Assembly: GCF_006345805.1 (NCBI RefSeq)
Contig: NW_021833237.1
Span: 28,993 to 92,992 of the forward strand
Source of the DNA: Octopus sinensis
Taxonomy: Eukaryota
Length of the DNA: 64,000 nucleotides
Direction: 5' to 3'
The translations under genes and the position numbers were made by a program. The stretch's first letter is position 1. Every line of letters starts with the position of its first letter. The notes beneath the pieces are model-generated. The model was not told the DNA's origin. It made no database searches and saw only the letters and a program-made list of their open reading frames with translations. Below, in pieces: positions 46,305-59,325 of the stretch.

Positions 46305-46890
46305 CTCAATGTACTTCATCCGATCCATGCAAGCACGGAAAAGTGGACTCCAGAACGATGAATATGATTGACAATGAGACAATACATAGAATCTATTGAT
46401 TTGGTTATCTTTTGAAAGGGCCGTTTCAAAAACTATCGTTAGCATAAATATGGCGGTCATTTTAATAAACAGTATTGAAATTTTAACCCTTACATGTTTA
46501 CATGAAGAAGTTGAATGTTAATATTGTCATAGAAACTATTCAACGATTTGTAATGTGTACCACAGCTCAGTGAATTGTTTGCAAATATGGAAATCAGATA
46601 TTTGTCTTCTGAAGACTTCTATTTATGTTTCGTTTTCATCACGAACCATAAACCGCCTACCACTACATACTAAATAGGAATTTGTTGCATGTTATAAGAG
46701 TGTCTCCTATTTTGTATTTCTCGGTTCAATTCCAACAATAAGTTTGAACGATCGATTTGCATATGGTTCGACTGACCTGTAACATACTTTATTTATAAAT
46801 TGATCTAAGTCGGTGAGCTGTTAAAATCGTTAGTTCATCGGACAAAATGCTTAGCGGTATTTTCCTGTCTTCTCGACGGGGTCAATCTTG

Positions 46891-47302
46891 CTCTTTTACT
46901 CTTTTATTTGTTTCAGTCATTTGACTGCAGCCATGCTGGAGCACCGCTTTTAGTCGAGAAAATCGCCCCCAGGACTTATTCTTTGCAAGCCTAGTACTTA
47001 TTCTACCGGTCCCTTTTGCCGAACCGCTAAGTTACGCGAACGTAAACACACCAGCTTCGGTTGTCAAGTGATGTTGGGGGGACAAACACAGACACACAAA
47101 CACACACACACACATACACATTTATGCATATACATATACACGACGGGCTTCTTTGAGTTTCCATCTACCAAATCCACTCACAAGGCTTCGGTCGGTACGA
47201 GGCTATAGTAGAATACACTTGCCCAAGGTGCCACACAGTGAGATAGATCCCCGGAACCATGTGGTTGGTAAGCAAGCTACTTACCACACAGCCACTCCAG
47301 CG
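46891..47302 (-). mobile_element. SINE family A
   Basis: Reverse-complement full copy nested among family B fragments. Confidence 0.9.
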
Positions 47303-47829
47303 TCTACAAGCTGGGGTTAATATAATCGACTAGCCCCCTCCCCCAAACTTTCAGGTTTTTGCCTATAGAAGAAAATATTTATAGGTTGATCCAAAGCGAC
47401 GAATTGACAAAATTGTTACCACGCCGGGCAAAATGCTTAGCAGCATTTATTCCAGCTCTTTAACTTTTAATTTCGAATGCCACCGAGATTGTCTTCGCTT
47501 GTCATTCTTTCGGTGTCGGCAAAATAAGTAATAGTTGAGTACTGATGTAATCTTACTCCTCCTCTCAAAATTATTGATCTTGTGTCAGAGAAATTTTATT
47601 TAATGAATCCTTTTGTAAGGCTGTGATGTGTGATTTTGAGGGAGAAGAGACAGCTATTTCTTGCCTGAAAGTTACCTCACTGGTACGTATTCGTAGATTG
47701 ATAAAATGACTTGTTTTTAGTTGACATTTAACACAGTAAGCTGATTGCTTTCAACAGCTTGTTGACTTGAAAAAAACAAAAATATTTCCTCCTGAATACA
47801 TATATACATACAGACAAACAAACAGACAA

Positions 47830-48600
47830 ACATACGTACGGTCAGTCAGACCAACAAATTTGTCGACTGCTCAGCATGTTAGGGACAGTTGGGCACTGTC
47901 TGTGAGAAAAACAACACCATGATGCAATTCATCCAGCCAGAGATTTGGTAGCGACATCCTGTACTGCGTAGCATTCACGCCAGAAGCTTTAATGCAAACA
48001 TTTGAGAGTGTTTCGGTGTCAATCTGACGACAGTGCAGTCTGAGGACATGTACCGAGAATGATAAAAACCAAACGCCCAGTCAACATCCTCGTGTTTGAA
48101 CCGATCACTAGTGATGGCAACATTATGCCTCCATTCATCTTCCCTCACGGCCTTACACTCAACAGGAAGACCTACACCAAGTAGGTAAATAGCATGACTA
48201 CTGGAAGGCCCTATGCCTGGCAACAGGACTCTGCACCATGGCACACAAGCAGGAGAACACAGTCATGGCTGTCAGACAATTTCTGCGACCACATCACCCC
48301 TAACACCTAGCCACTTAACTCCCCAGACTGCAATCCCTTTGATCATTATGTGTGGGGAGAGACCAACAAAACTCCTTGTAACACCAAAGATGAACTGAAG
48401 GCAAGGGTTATGACAGCATTTAGCAACTTAAACAAGGAGTCACTCCAGAAGATTTACCAGAAATTCCGAATTCATCTGGTGGCTAAAGTCAAAGGCGTTT
48501 TTATTGAATAAATGTAATCTTTAGCATTTCAATTTTTTTTTTTTTTGTGATTTTGGTAAATATATCTGTTAAAATGAGATGTCAGTGTTATTTTCATTTT
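47830..48600 (+). pseudogene. maT/DD37D Tc1-mariner transposase remnant, internally deleted
   Basis: WQQD(48227)SAPWHTS...NSPDCNPFD(48341): 37 residues between the second and third Asp. Confidence 0.85.
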
Positions 48601-48913
48601 TGCGTAATTTAAAAGACCACTTCTTCACCGCAGCCTGTCCGACGCGTGTTGAGACCACATTAACATCATATTGTTGCATGTTTATATACAGCGATTCATG
48701 CATCGGATGGGCGTTAAAGGAAATTTACCAAAGGGACGCTCCATTTGAAGAAACAGCTTTGGCATTTTACTAAGAGAAATTCAGTATCTGCCTGGATATT
48801 ATGCCCCTCCTCTTACTATATATATACACACACACATATATATATATGTATATGTATGTATCTGTGTATGTATATATATGCATATGTGTATATATATGTA
48901 TATACAGATATGT

Positions 48914-48992
<79 letters not shown>

Positions 48993-48996
48993 ACAG

Positions 48997-49403
48997 AAAA
49001 ATAAGAAAAGAGAAATAAATCAATTATTAATTATAGTTATTAATTACAAAAATAGACATACTCGCTGACAGCTGTTTCGATTCAGCCTTTAAATATTTTA
49101 ACTGACATAAATCATTATAAAGAAGAATTTCGTCGAAGCTAGAAAAAAAAGATATTCCATTGCATATTTATGTTAAGTGTACGAAAAATTTCAGCTAACT
49201 TAAATGCTCCATAGACTTAACACATAAATATGCAATGGAATATCTTCTTTTTCTACCTCCGACGAAATTCTACTTTATAATGATTTAATTATGTTAGTTA
49301 AAATATGTAAAGTCTGAATCGAAACAGGTGTCAGGGACTATGTTTATTTTTGTAATTAATAACTATAATTATTAATTGATTTATTTCTATTTTCTTATTT
49401 TTT
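48997..49403. mobile_element. About 400-bp palindromic element with a hammerhead-like motif in each arm
   Basis: Arms about 48997-49178 and 49215-49403 are reverse complements. Confidence 0.85.
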
Positions 49404-49632
49404 TTAGATAAATATAAACATCGGTTTATTTGAATATCAAAATTAATATTCAAAACGAATAGTAGGTAATAAACCAGTAAATACTTTGGATATTATTATT
49501 ATCCCTTAATGAGGCTTATTACAGCTGTAATTGAACTTTTATATATATATATATTTAAATGGATGAATGAATTATCCTATGTTTACCGTTAACATGGAAA
49601 ATTCAATAAACCGTTACCAGGGTAGCAAAATT

Positions 49633-49714
49633 CTTTCCTGGTGAGAAGATTGCATTTTGCACCGTTTATACCTTTGGAATAAAACCATGTTGTCTTCGAA
49701 ACATATGTCGAAAG
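49633..49714 (+). ncRNA. near-canonical type-I hammerhead motif
   Basis: CTTTC-CTGGTGA-GAAGA(long loop)TCTTC-GAAAC-ATAT-GTC-GAAAG; only core deviation is A6G. Confidence 0.7.
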
Positions 49715-49766
49715 TAAAAGAATTTTATTAACATCTTCGTTCAACTCCATTTATTCATATATATGC

Positions 49767-49804
<38 letters not shown>

Positions 49805-50154
49805 TTTGACACCTGTATTGTGCCTAATGTATTGACACCTGTACATCCTTCTTATTTACATTCTGTTCACCTAACTTGGATCTGTGCCGACTATACCAAA
49901 CTAGTAAGGCACCTCAATTTAAGTACCTAATTCAACTGAATCTTAATTATATATATATAATCAAAGAAGCTAGTTCCAAAATCTCTCTAAGGGATACACA
50001 CAGAAGACAAGAAATTAAATGACTCGAGTTTCCTTATTCCAGCATAGGTTGTTCTAGGTCAGGTGACCTGATCTTCACTGATCCCAGTATTACAACGATG
50101 GCTAGTATATGTATGCATCAACATGTATCTGTATTCATGTGTATATATACATAC

Positions 50155-50297
<143 letters not shown>

Positions 50298-51798
50298 TAT
50301 ATATATACATTTATATATACATACATATATATATATATATGCATGTATGCATGTATGCTTGTACGTATGGTGTTCTTTATCTCAGTTCTTTCCATTTGGC
50401 TACCAGCTAGAATGTTATTAGGGTAGAAAGTTTTAACGTATCTTCCATGCTCTGCTTTCTTTTGTTTCGACTTCAGCGTGTTTCAATTACCACATTCTAC
50501 ATGATAGCTAGCCATTTACTAATAACAGTTAAAGAAATACTGTTGAAAGAAAAGACAGGGAGAGAGAGAGAGAAAAAAAATACCAACTGGAAAAGAATAG
50601 ACAAAAATATAAAACCAAACAAATGAGCAAAAAAAAAGAAAGAACAGATAAAAATGAAATAAACGCATTACTTAAGACAAAATATCTACAAAGACAATGT
50701 TTGAACAGTTGAAAACAAGAAAACGCTTATCCATTTTAGATAAGACGAAAAATAAGATGTAAACAAGTTATCTGATACCCGATGTTGTATTATTAATATT
50801 CTGACAAGTTTTCTCTCTTCTTTCCATAGGAAATCGATGAAATCCCTAAAGAGATGAAACAAGGTGAAAGAAAGGAAAGGAAAGAAGAAGAAGAAAAAGC
50901 AAAACACAACTAAGAAATTCTTAAGAAAACATCTTCTTTACCCACCACAACAAAAGAAAGACGCAACATTTTGTTATTGTTATTATTATTATTATTATTT
51001 TTTATTATTTTTTTATTATATTTTCTTCTTCTGAAAGCTAGAAGAGTGATAAACACCTATATTACCAATTTCAAAAGCAATAAATAAGTAAATAAATAAA
51101 TAATCGTATAATGTTTTGTTGTTGTTGCTTTAAAAAAAAATATATATCAGAATTAACACGAATGGGTAAGGGAAAAAAAAGAGCAATGAATTGTAAATAT
51201 TATTAATATAATAGAATAAAAAAAAATGTTGGCAATAAACGAGGAAGTTAATACATGAGACACAGTCGTGAACATGTTATAGAGATGGCGGCGTTGTAAA
51301 TAGAAAGTTAGGAGACTAAAATAATTTTGTAAACAATATTGATTTTATACTTTGGCACAAGGCCGTTGATTCAGCCAGTAGAGATACTGAGCCGCCGATG
51401 GAATCGACTAGATTGAACAACTGGGAAAGACTCGAGTTAAATAAAAAAATATTGCTATGGTCCCTCGACCAGTTAGATATAGCTACTAAATGCTCCGTAA
51501 ATTATACTGTTTTTTTTTATGTTGATAAAATAAGTGACTTTTATTTTGTATTTCTGTAGATGTTATTCAACCCTAGGGTAGTCCTGAATGAGGTCTAAAA
51601 AATCCAGCTGTTATCTTTTAGCGCAGTTCACCCTGATGAAAGCATTTGATGAAAGAATTTTAAGGCAAGCGGCCTGTTGATTAATTGTTGATTAAGGATT
51701 AACGATGATTAAAGATCATGCCCTAATGGTTTCGGTGTAATTGGCCCAGTACTTGACTAGTACTTCTTTTATCGAGAAAGAAATGATGACAAGCAGGA

Positions 51799-51948
51799 TA
51801 CATTAATCTTAATCTTATTTCGGCCAGAGTTCTTTCGTCACACTCCTGTGACCTCATCAGTGGTCCTTTGCTTTCATCTTTCTTATTTGTGTGTCTCTCC
51901 TTACTAACGGTCAGCCATAAAGATTGGGATAAGATTAAGATTAATGTA
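51799..51948 (-). mobile_element. 150-bp element with 20-bp perfect inverted ends enclosing a hammerhead motif
   Basis: TACATTAATCTTAATCTTAT / ATAAGATTAAGATTAATGTA; minus strand CTGATGA-G-GTCACA-GGAG-TGTGAC-GAAA. Confidence 0.65.
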
Positions 51949-52595
51949 AAAAATTAATAACGCTGAAGCAAAGTAACACCAAATATATAGTGCGTGTGTT
52001 TTTATTGGCTAAACTGGCAAAATGACCATTCCTAAATACAACAATATCTGTTTCAACACACGATTTCACATCAAAAATCTTGCAAAACAAATATATAAAT
52101 TTTATTTTTTATTTTGTGTTTTTATTTTTTCTAGTATTAAGACGCGAAATGATAGCTGGCCGTTTACTATGGTGTATAAGTGATTCAGATTTCGACATTC
52201 CGCCTGAACAGAAAGCCGGTCAGCTACAGGTCCAAGGCCAGTAATTATGAAGGAAGGGTATAAGTCGATTGCATTGACTCCAGTATTTGACTGGTTATTA
52301 TGTTAGAGACTCCCGAGAAGATGAAAGATTAACCAATTTCTCAGTCGAAACAGATATTGTTCGCCTTAGCACAAAACATCCGGGGTTATTCGTCACTGAG
52401 AAGAACAAACAAGGTAGGAACAGAATGTCATACAATAATCTGAGGGATTATCGGCAGACGATAATCTGAGAGAGACCTATGTTATTTTTCAATCACAAGT
52501 CTATTTGAGAAGTTTCTCTGAAACAAAATATTACACATAGTACGTGACATGTTTGTATATACATCATTATCATTATCCTGTTAATAATAATGATA

Positions 52596-52653
<58 letters not shown>

Positions 52654-52670
52654 TAATAATAATAATAATG

Positions 52671-52748
<78 letters not shown>

Positions 52749-52767
52749 GTGATGATGATGATGATGA

Positions 52768-52798
<31 letters not shown>

Positions 52799-52854
52799 AA
52801 GAAGAAGAAGAAGAAGAAGAAGAAGAAGAAGAAGAAGAAGAAGAAGAAAGGAGG

Positions 52855-53222
52855 AGGAAGATTGAATGGATGCAAAAACAGTATTAGAGCAGAAGAAAAC
52901 AAGATAGCATGGTATGTAGAAATGCCACAGAACCACTATTCTTGGAAGTAAGAAGGTCAGGCTTGCGTAAGATGGAAGATTGCAAAAATAAAGCACTGTA
53001 CAAGGATTTTAGAATGAATGAAGCTGAAAATAGGTCAATAAAGAAAACAATGCATGGACAATTTAATAGGGATGTTGAAGATAAGACGGACAGAGAGAAA
53101 TGATGGCTATGGATGAATAAAAGTGATTTAAAACCAGAAACGGAGGCTCTAATCTGTGCTACCCGAGAACAAAGACTAGGAACCAATTGCATCAAATACA
53201 GAATGGAGAACAGATCAGAAAG
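52855..53222 (+). mobile_element. R4/Dong-like internal fragment (subfamily 2)
   Basis: MHGQFNRD...WLWMNKSDLKPETEALICATREQ. Confidence 0.75.
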
Positions 53223-53223
53223 T

Positions 53224-53311
53224 GTTGTACCCTTATCAGACGAGTAGTCATGATGAGCTTCGTATATTTTACCCTAGTGTCACGTTGATGGCATGCACTC
53301 CTCTCTGACTC
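53224..53311 (+). mobile_element. Family C 3' stub
   Basis: Last about 90 bp only, ends CTGACTC-AATAAT. Confidence 0.8.
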
Positions 53312-53440
53312 AATAATGATGATGATGATGATGATGATGATGATGGTGCTGGTGCTGGCGCCGGTGCTGGTGGTGTTGGTGGTGGTGTTGATGATGATGA
53401 TGATGATGATAATAATAATAATAACAATAACAATAATAAT

Positions 53441-54531
53441 ACAGCTAGAAAACTATCACAAAGTAACCACCATGGGTCTACAAAAATACCTACTTCAGAA
53501 GAAAGGAAAACTAATAGAAATAGCCACAAACCACGAACAGTCATTAAGGAAGCTGACACATACAAAAAAGAAGCAATACTACCCAACACCTATGACAAAA
53601 AAAAAGAAGAAACAACAAAAGCTATAAAGCAACTGAAATGCAAACTAAAACTGGAACAGCAACGGATCATGATAAAAGAATGGCAAGAAAAGCCTCGTCT
53701 TGGCAAATACTGGGTTAAACTAAACGCAAAAGTAATAGAGAAAGCAAAAATCCTAACAATGGCTAAGAAGCTCAGGACTCAAAGCAGAGACTGAAGGACA
53801 TTTAATTGCAGCACAAGACCAAAGGCTCCCAGCCAGAAATTACCAAAAACATATAATGTAAAGAAACATAACAATTAACTGCAAAATATATGGAGATGGA
53901 CAAGAAACAATAAGCCATATTTCGCTGGCTGCCCAGTCCAGGCTAAGAAGGAATATATTCAGAAACACGACAGAATTGAGATCTATATACACTGGAAGCT
54001 ATGCCAACACTGTGGAATAACAACAGAAAAAAGGATGGTATAGGCACACGTCAGAAAAGATCACAGAAAATGAGAAAGCAACCATACTATCGGATATACC
54101 AATATACACAGATAGAGAAATTAAGGCCAATAGGCCGGATATAGTTGCCTGAGATCACTAAGATAAAAATGCTTTCTAATCGATGTATCAATGCCAACAT
54201 ATGTCAACGATTCTCAAAAAGAAATGGAGAAATTATCAAAATACAATAACCTGGAAATAGAGGTAACTCGAATGTGTAGTCTAAAAAGAGAAACAATTCC
54301 TGTAATAATAGGCGCGTTAGGTATAATAAAAAATATTCAGACAATACATAACAAAAAACACCAGGACTAACAGGTATATATAACCTACAGAAAATAACAC
54401 TACTAGGTACTCCACACATCCTACGTAAAACACTTTCAATGCAGTAACAATAAGAGTATCACAACAAATCACAGCACACAGAGCTGCGCACACTAGTGTA
54501 GTGAAAGCACGTGATAAAAATAAGACTACTG
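53441..54531 (+). mobile_element. R4/Dong-like 3' 1.1-kb fragment (subfamily 1)
   Basis: Decayed GLKAETEGHLIAAQDQ...CKIYGDGQETI.H...HWKLC...ANRPDIVA; ends AAGACTACTG then (AAT)n. Confidence 0.88.
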
Positions 54532-54779
54532 AATAATAATAATAATAATAATAATAATTATCCTTTCAACAAGGCCTTACATTTTTAGAAGGAAGGGCCT
54601 AGTCGTTTGCAGCAACTCCAGTGCTTGACTGGTACTTCTTTTCTGGACTCTGAAAATATGAAACCAAAGTAGAACTGGCGGTATTTGAACTCAAAAGTAG
54701 TGCAAGTTATTTTCTCACGCACACACACATACACACACACATACACACACACACACACACAACACACACACACATATAC

Positions 54780-54840
<61 letters not shown>

Positions 54841-54859
54841 CATATACTACATATACATA

Positions 54860-55018
54860 TATACGACGGGCTTCTTTCAGTTTCCATCTACCAACTCCAC
54901 TCACAAGGCTTTGGTCGGCTCGAGGCTATAGTAGAAGACTCTTGCCCAAGGAGTCACGCAGTGGGATTGAACTCAGACTCATGTGGTTGAGAAGCAAGCT
55001 TCTTACCACACAGCCATG
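54860..55018 (-). mobile_element. SINE family A head half
   Basis: Homology to other A copies. Confidence 0.8.
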
Positions 55019-55361
55019 CCTTATAAAATATATATAATTAAGGTACTAAGAAGTACCAGATTTGCGAGAAATAGGAGTCATAAAAAACTCTGAAGCCACA
55101 CTAATCATCATTAAATTTTTAGAAGCATGGTGTAAAAAAAACACTAAGTGAATGAGAATAGTGTCTTACCTCTGCAAGATTTCAAAAGAAATGGCAGTTA
55201 ATTTGGTATAATAATTTAGAATTTAGCGCCAGAAGGCACTTGATAATCTTCAGCCAGATGTACTTGTAACAGTGATGGTAAATTCACTTTACAATGCCTG
55301 TGGTTGTTTGGCTGCCTCAGTCTCATTGGAAAAATGAACTATGTGAATTATTTATTAATAT

Positions 55362-55549
55362 AGGTGCAGAAGTTGCTGTGTTGTAAGTAGCTTGCTTACC
55401 AACCACATGGTTCCAGGTTCAGTCCCACTGCGTGATACCTTGGGCAGGTGTCTCCTACTATAGCTTCGGGTCGACCAAAGCCTTGTGAGTGGATTTGGGT
55501 GACGGAAACGGTAAGAATCCCGTCATATATATATATATATATATATATA

Positions 55550-55587
<38 letters not shown>

Positions 55588-55815
55588 GTATGTGTGTGTG
55601 TATGTTTTTGTGTATCTGTATTTGTCACCCCAACAGCACTTGACAATTGATGCTGGTGTGTTTAAATCCCCGTAACTTAGCGGTTCGGCAAGAAAGACCA
55701 TAAAATAAGTACTCGGCTTACAAAGAATAAGTCCTGGGATCGATTTGCTCGACTAAAGGCAGTGCTCCAGCATGGGTGCAGTTAAATGACTGAAACAAAT
55801 AAAAGAATAGAAGAA
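55362..55815 (+). mobile_element. SINE family A
   Basis: Full copy; a second 3' half follows at about 56080-56275. Confidence 0.9.
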
Positions 55816-56427
55816 TATATATATATATGTATGTATGCATGTATGTAAGTATGTATGTATATATGTATGTATATATATATGTATGTATGTTATTATGTAT
55901 GTATTGAAGGCATGTAAGTATATATAAAAATATATACATATTCTCTTTTACATTGATTCTCTTTTGCCCACTCCCACCCCTTTTATCATATGTCTTCTCC
56001 ATCGCCACACCCTATGACAAGAAAACTTCATATAGCGGTATATATATATAGATGTGAAAACCCTCTCATTTTTCTTGTCTGAAGATCCCCCAACAGCTCT
56101 TGACTACTGATGCTGGTGTGTTTACATCCCCGTCACTTAGCGGTTCGGCAAGAGAGACCGATAAAATAAGTACTAGGCTTACAAAGAATAAGTCCTGGGG
56201 TTGATTTGCTCGACTAAAGGCAGTGCTCCAGCATGGGAGCAGTTAAATGACGGAAACAAAAGAATAAAAGAAAAAGTATCTATAAAAGATCATTATTATT
56301 CAAAAGAAATAATAATAATAGTCACCGCAAGCATAAAACCTTATACGCAAATTTATATATATATATAAATATAAGATATTAAAAAAGGAAAATACACACT
56401 TTATATAGTTTTAATATAATTTTTGAT

Positions 56428-56976
56428 ATATCGACAGGTTTCGCTTTTGCTATTCATGATATTAAGATTCACTTATTTGAACATGTATTTTCCTAAGAAG
56501 AATTTTTTGTCCATGTGTGTGATATTTACGAATGAATGACTTGACAAGTAGAAAAATAAGGAGAGATTAGTGTTATTATTGTGGGCAAGGGAGATAACTG
56601 TTCAGCTTTCGGTAAGGGAAGGGGAATATATATATACCCACAAAAAAGTTTCGAAAAAGTTGTTTAGTGTGGGGATTTATGTACAATGATGTAATCGGGA
56701 ATTGAAATATGTAAAAAGATAAAAGTTGGATATGCGTTCATATTAAGACCTGTTCAGTACTTTTTCGATAAAAAAAGTTTCTTTACTAAGACGTTCTTGT
56801 TGTGAATTTGTGTCTTTGCACTGGTAGAAGGGAAAGACTGTGAAATTTGTTTTGATGTTATCTGCACATTTTTCTATATGTTCACTGAGAGGAATTTGCC
56901 TATATTGCGGGGAACGAATTTACTCTTTATACAGAGTGTTTCTCCGTCTCAAGATCATAGTCGTCTGTCCAATATA
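56428..56976 (-). mobile_element. Penelope-like element 3' remnant (GIY-YIG C-terminal half plus downstream region)
   Basis: YIGQTTMILRRRNTLYKE*IRSPQYRQIPLSEHIEKCADNIKTNFTVFPFYQCKDTNSQQERLSKETFFIEK (56976 down to about 56761); degenerate hammerhead-like motif at 56428-56462. Confidence 0.75.
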
Positions 56977-57330
56977 TTATCAGGGTACTAAAAAGCACCA
57001 GATGTTGCTGAAAATAAGAGTCATAGAAACTCTGAAGCCACAATGAATTTACCAGTATTGTTACGAGTAGATTTGAGTGAAGAGAATCAAGTGCTTTTTG
57101 GTGCTAAATTCGAAATCATGATACCAGATCAACTGCCATTTGTTCTGCAGTTTTGCGGAAGTAAGACACAATTCTTATTCATACCTGCAAAAATTTAATG
57201 TTGATTACTGCGTCCTCGGAGTTTTTTATGAATCCTATTTTTAGTAAAGCTGGTGCTTCCTAGTACTCTGTTATATACATATTCATATATATATATATAT
57301 ATATATTATATATAATATATAATATATATA

Positions 57331-57455
57331 GTTAATCCAAACAAGAAAACACAGAAAAAAACACAGCAACGCGAGGATGTGGAACAATTAAAGTATTATT
57401 GGACGCTCAGAAAGAAGGGAAGGAGGGTTTAACGTTTCGAGCGGAGCTCTTCGTC
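57331..57455 (-). mobile_element. Truncated Penelope-like terminal fragment with hammerhead-like motif
   Basis: Minus strand CGACGA-A-GAGC-TCC-GCTC-GAAAC-GTT, embedded in (TA)n. Confidence 0.55.
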
Positions 57456-57609
57456 GTAGTATATATATATATATATCAGATGTGCAAGCGAGGTTTCTCA
57501 TTGCTATTCAACTCTTTGTAATTATTCTCGTTGCAACGAAGTTACAAAAACAACCGAGTGAAGAATCGATATAAATCTTTGTTTAATGTTTATTTGCTTT
57601 AAATGTTAT

Positions 57610-58305
57610 TGAGTCGAGTATCGATACCATCACCCACTATCGGCATATAGCTGGCTTAAGCATCAGTGGTGGTGGTAGTAGTAGCTTCAGCATCAGCATC
57701 ACCATCGTCATCATCATCATCATCATTAGCAGCAGCATTAGCAGCAACAATAGAATCAGCATTGGTAGAGTCGTAGTCGAAGTAGTTGTAGTAGTAGTAG
57801 TAGCGGTAGTAGTTGCAGCGGCAGCAGTAGTGTTAGTGGTAGTGCTGATGGTTGTGACAGTGATAGTGATGCTAGTGACAGTGAGGGTAGTGGTGGTAGT
57901 TGTTTTGGTGTTGGCGTTGGTATTAATAATTGTTGTTGTGGTGGTGGTAGTGCTGGTGGTGATGGTTGTAGTAGTAGTAGTAGGAGGAAGAGGAGGAGGA
58001 GCAGGAGTGGACGGGGAGTACTAGCAGTGGATGTAGTGATAGTGGTGATGGTTGTGATGGTGGTAGTGATGGTGGTGATAATGGTGTTCTTGGTAGTAGC
58101 ATTTGTTGTAATTATGGTGGAGGTAGTAGTAGAAGGAACAGTAGCAGCAGCGGCAGCAACAGGAGAAATAGTGTTAGTGTTGATAGTTGTGGTAGAGCTA
58201 GTGATGGTAGTGATAATAGAGGTGGTGGTGTTGCCAGTAGTAGTAGTAGTAGTTATGGTGGTGGTGGTGGTGTGTGGGTGGTGGTGGTGGTGGTGGTGGT
58301 AGTAG

Positions 58306-58337
<32 letters not shown>

Positions 58338-58404
58338 TAGTAGTAGTAGTTATGGTGGTGGTGGTGGTGTGGTGGTGGTGGTGGTGGTGGTAGTGGTTGG
58401 TGGT

Positions 58405-58446
<42 letters not shown>

Positions 58447-58450
58447 CTGT
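57610..58450. repeat. (GTA)n/(GTG)n/(CAT)n low-complexity block
   Basis: Direct reading. Confidence 0.85.
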
Positions 58451-59294
58451 TGTTGTACAACGACGTCTGCACTGCACCGCACCGTACATGGGAAAAGCGC
58501 TGATGCTTGCCTTGGAACGATGGTTTAAGTCGTTTTATTCAACAGATACCGGAAGCTGTAACATCCATCCATATCTTTTAATCATGCTGCCTTGATGCAT
58601 CCATAGAAAGCAGAGGTTCAAAGGCTACTGTCCATTATGGCCGGAACTTCGTGCTAAGGTCAGTTCTTTATGAAGTGCTAACAAGCTTATCGCTGTTTAA
58701 TGAGTATGTCCGGTAAATTCTGCCTTTGACAAATTAATCCAACCCCTTTAGCTTCACTAAAATCCTTCACCCTTTCGTGCGTTTACGATTTTACTGATCG
58801 AATATTCCAACAAGTTCTAGTTTAATCTTTCCTTCTCTTTCTCTAGCAAATGCTAATAGGCAGTATCGCTCTCTAACACTCTCTCTCTCTCCCCTTCATC
58901 TCCCTTTCCATCTATTTGTCGATCTCTCTCTCTCTCTCTCTCCTTCCCATCTCCAGTTTTCGCCGCTCGTCTTTCCTTATTATCTATCTGTTCATCTCTA
59001 TATTACTCTCTTCTATTCTGTGTATTTTACTCCTATTGATCTATCTGTGTTATCTGTGTGTCTGCACATTTATCTATTTATTTATCTCACTCGCAATCGC
59101 TTCTCTCTCTCCCTCTCTCTTCACTTTCTCATTCCATCCATTCAACTCCTCTGTGTGTGCGTGTAGGTATATATGTTTGTGGCTCTGGACGTCATTTCGC
59201 TTACACATTCAAACGCACATGCATCTATATATGCATGTATATACATACATACATATATATATATACATATATATTAATATATATATTATATATA

Positions 59295-59325
<31 letters not shown>

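Noticed and set aside
51633-51654. CTGATGA...GAAA
   Set aside because: No stem II pairing.
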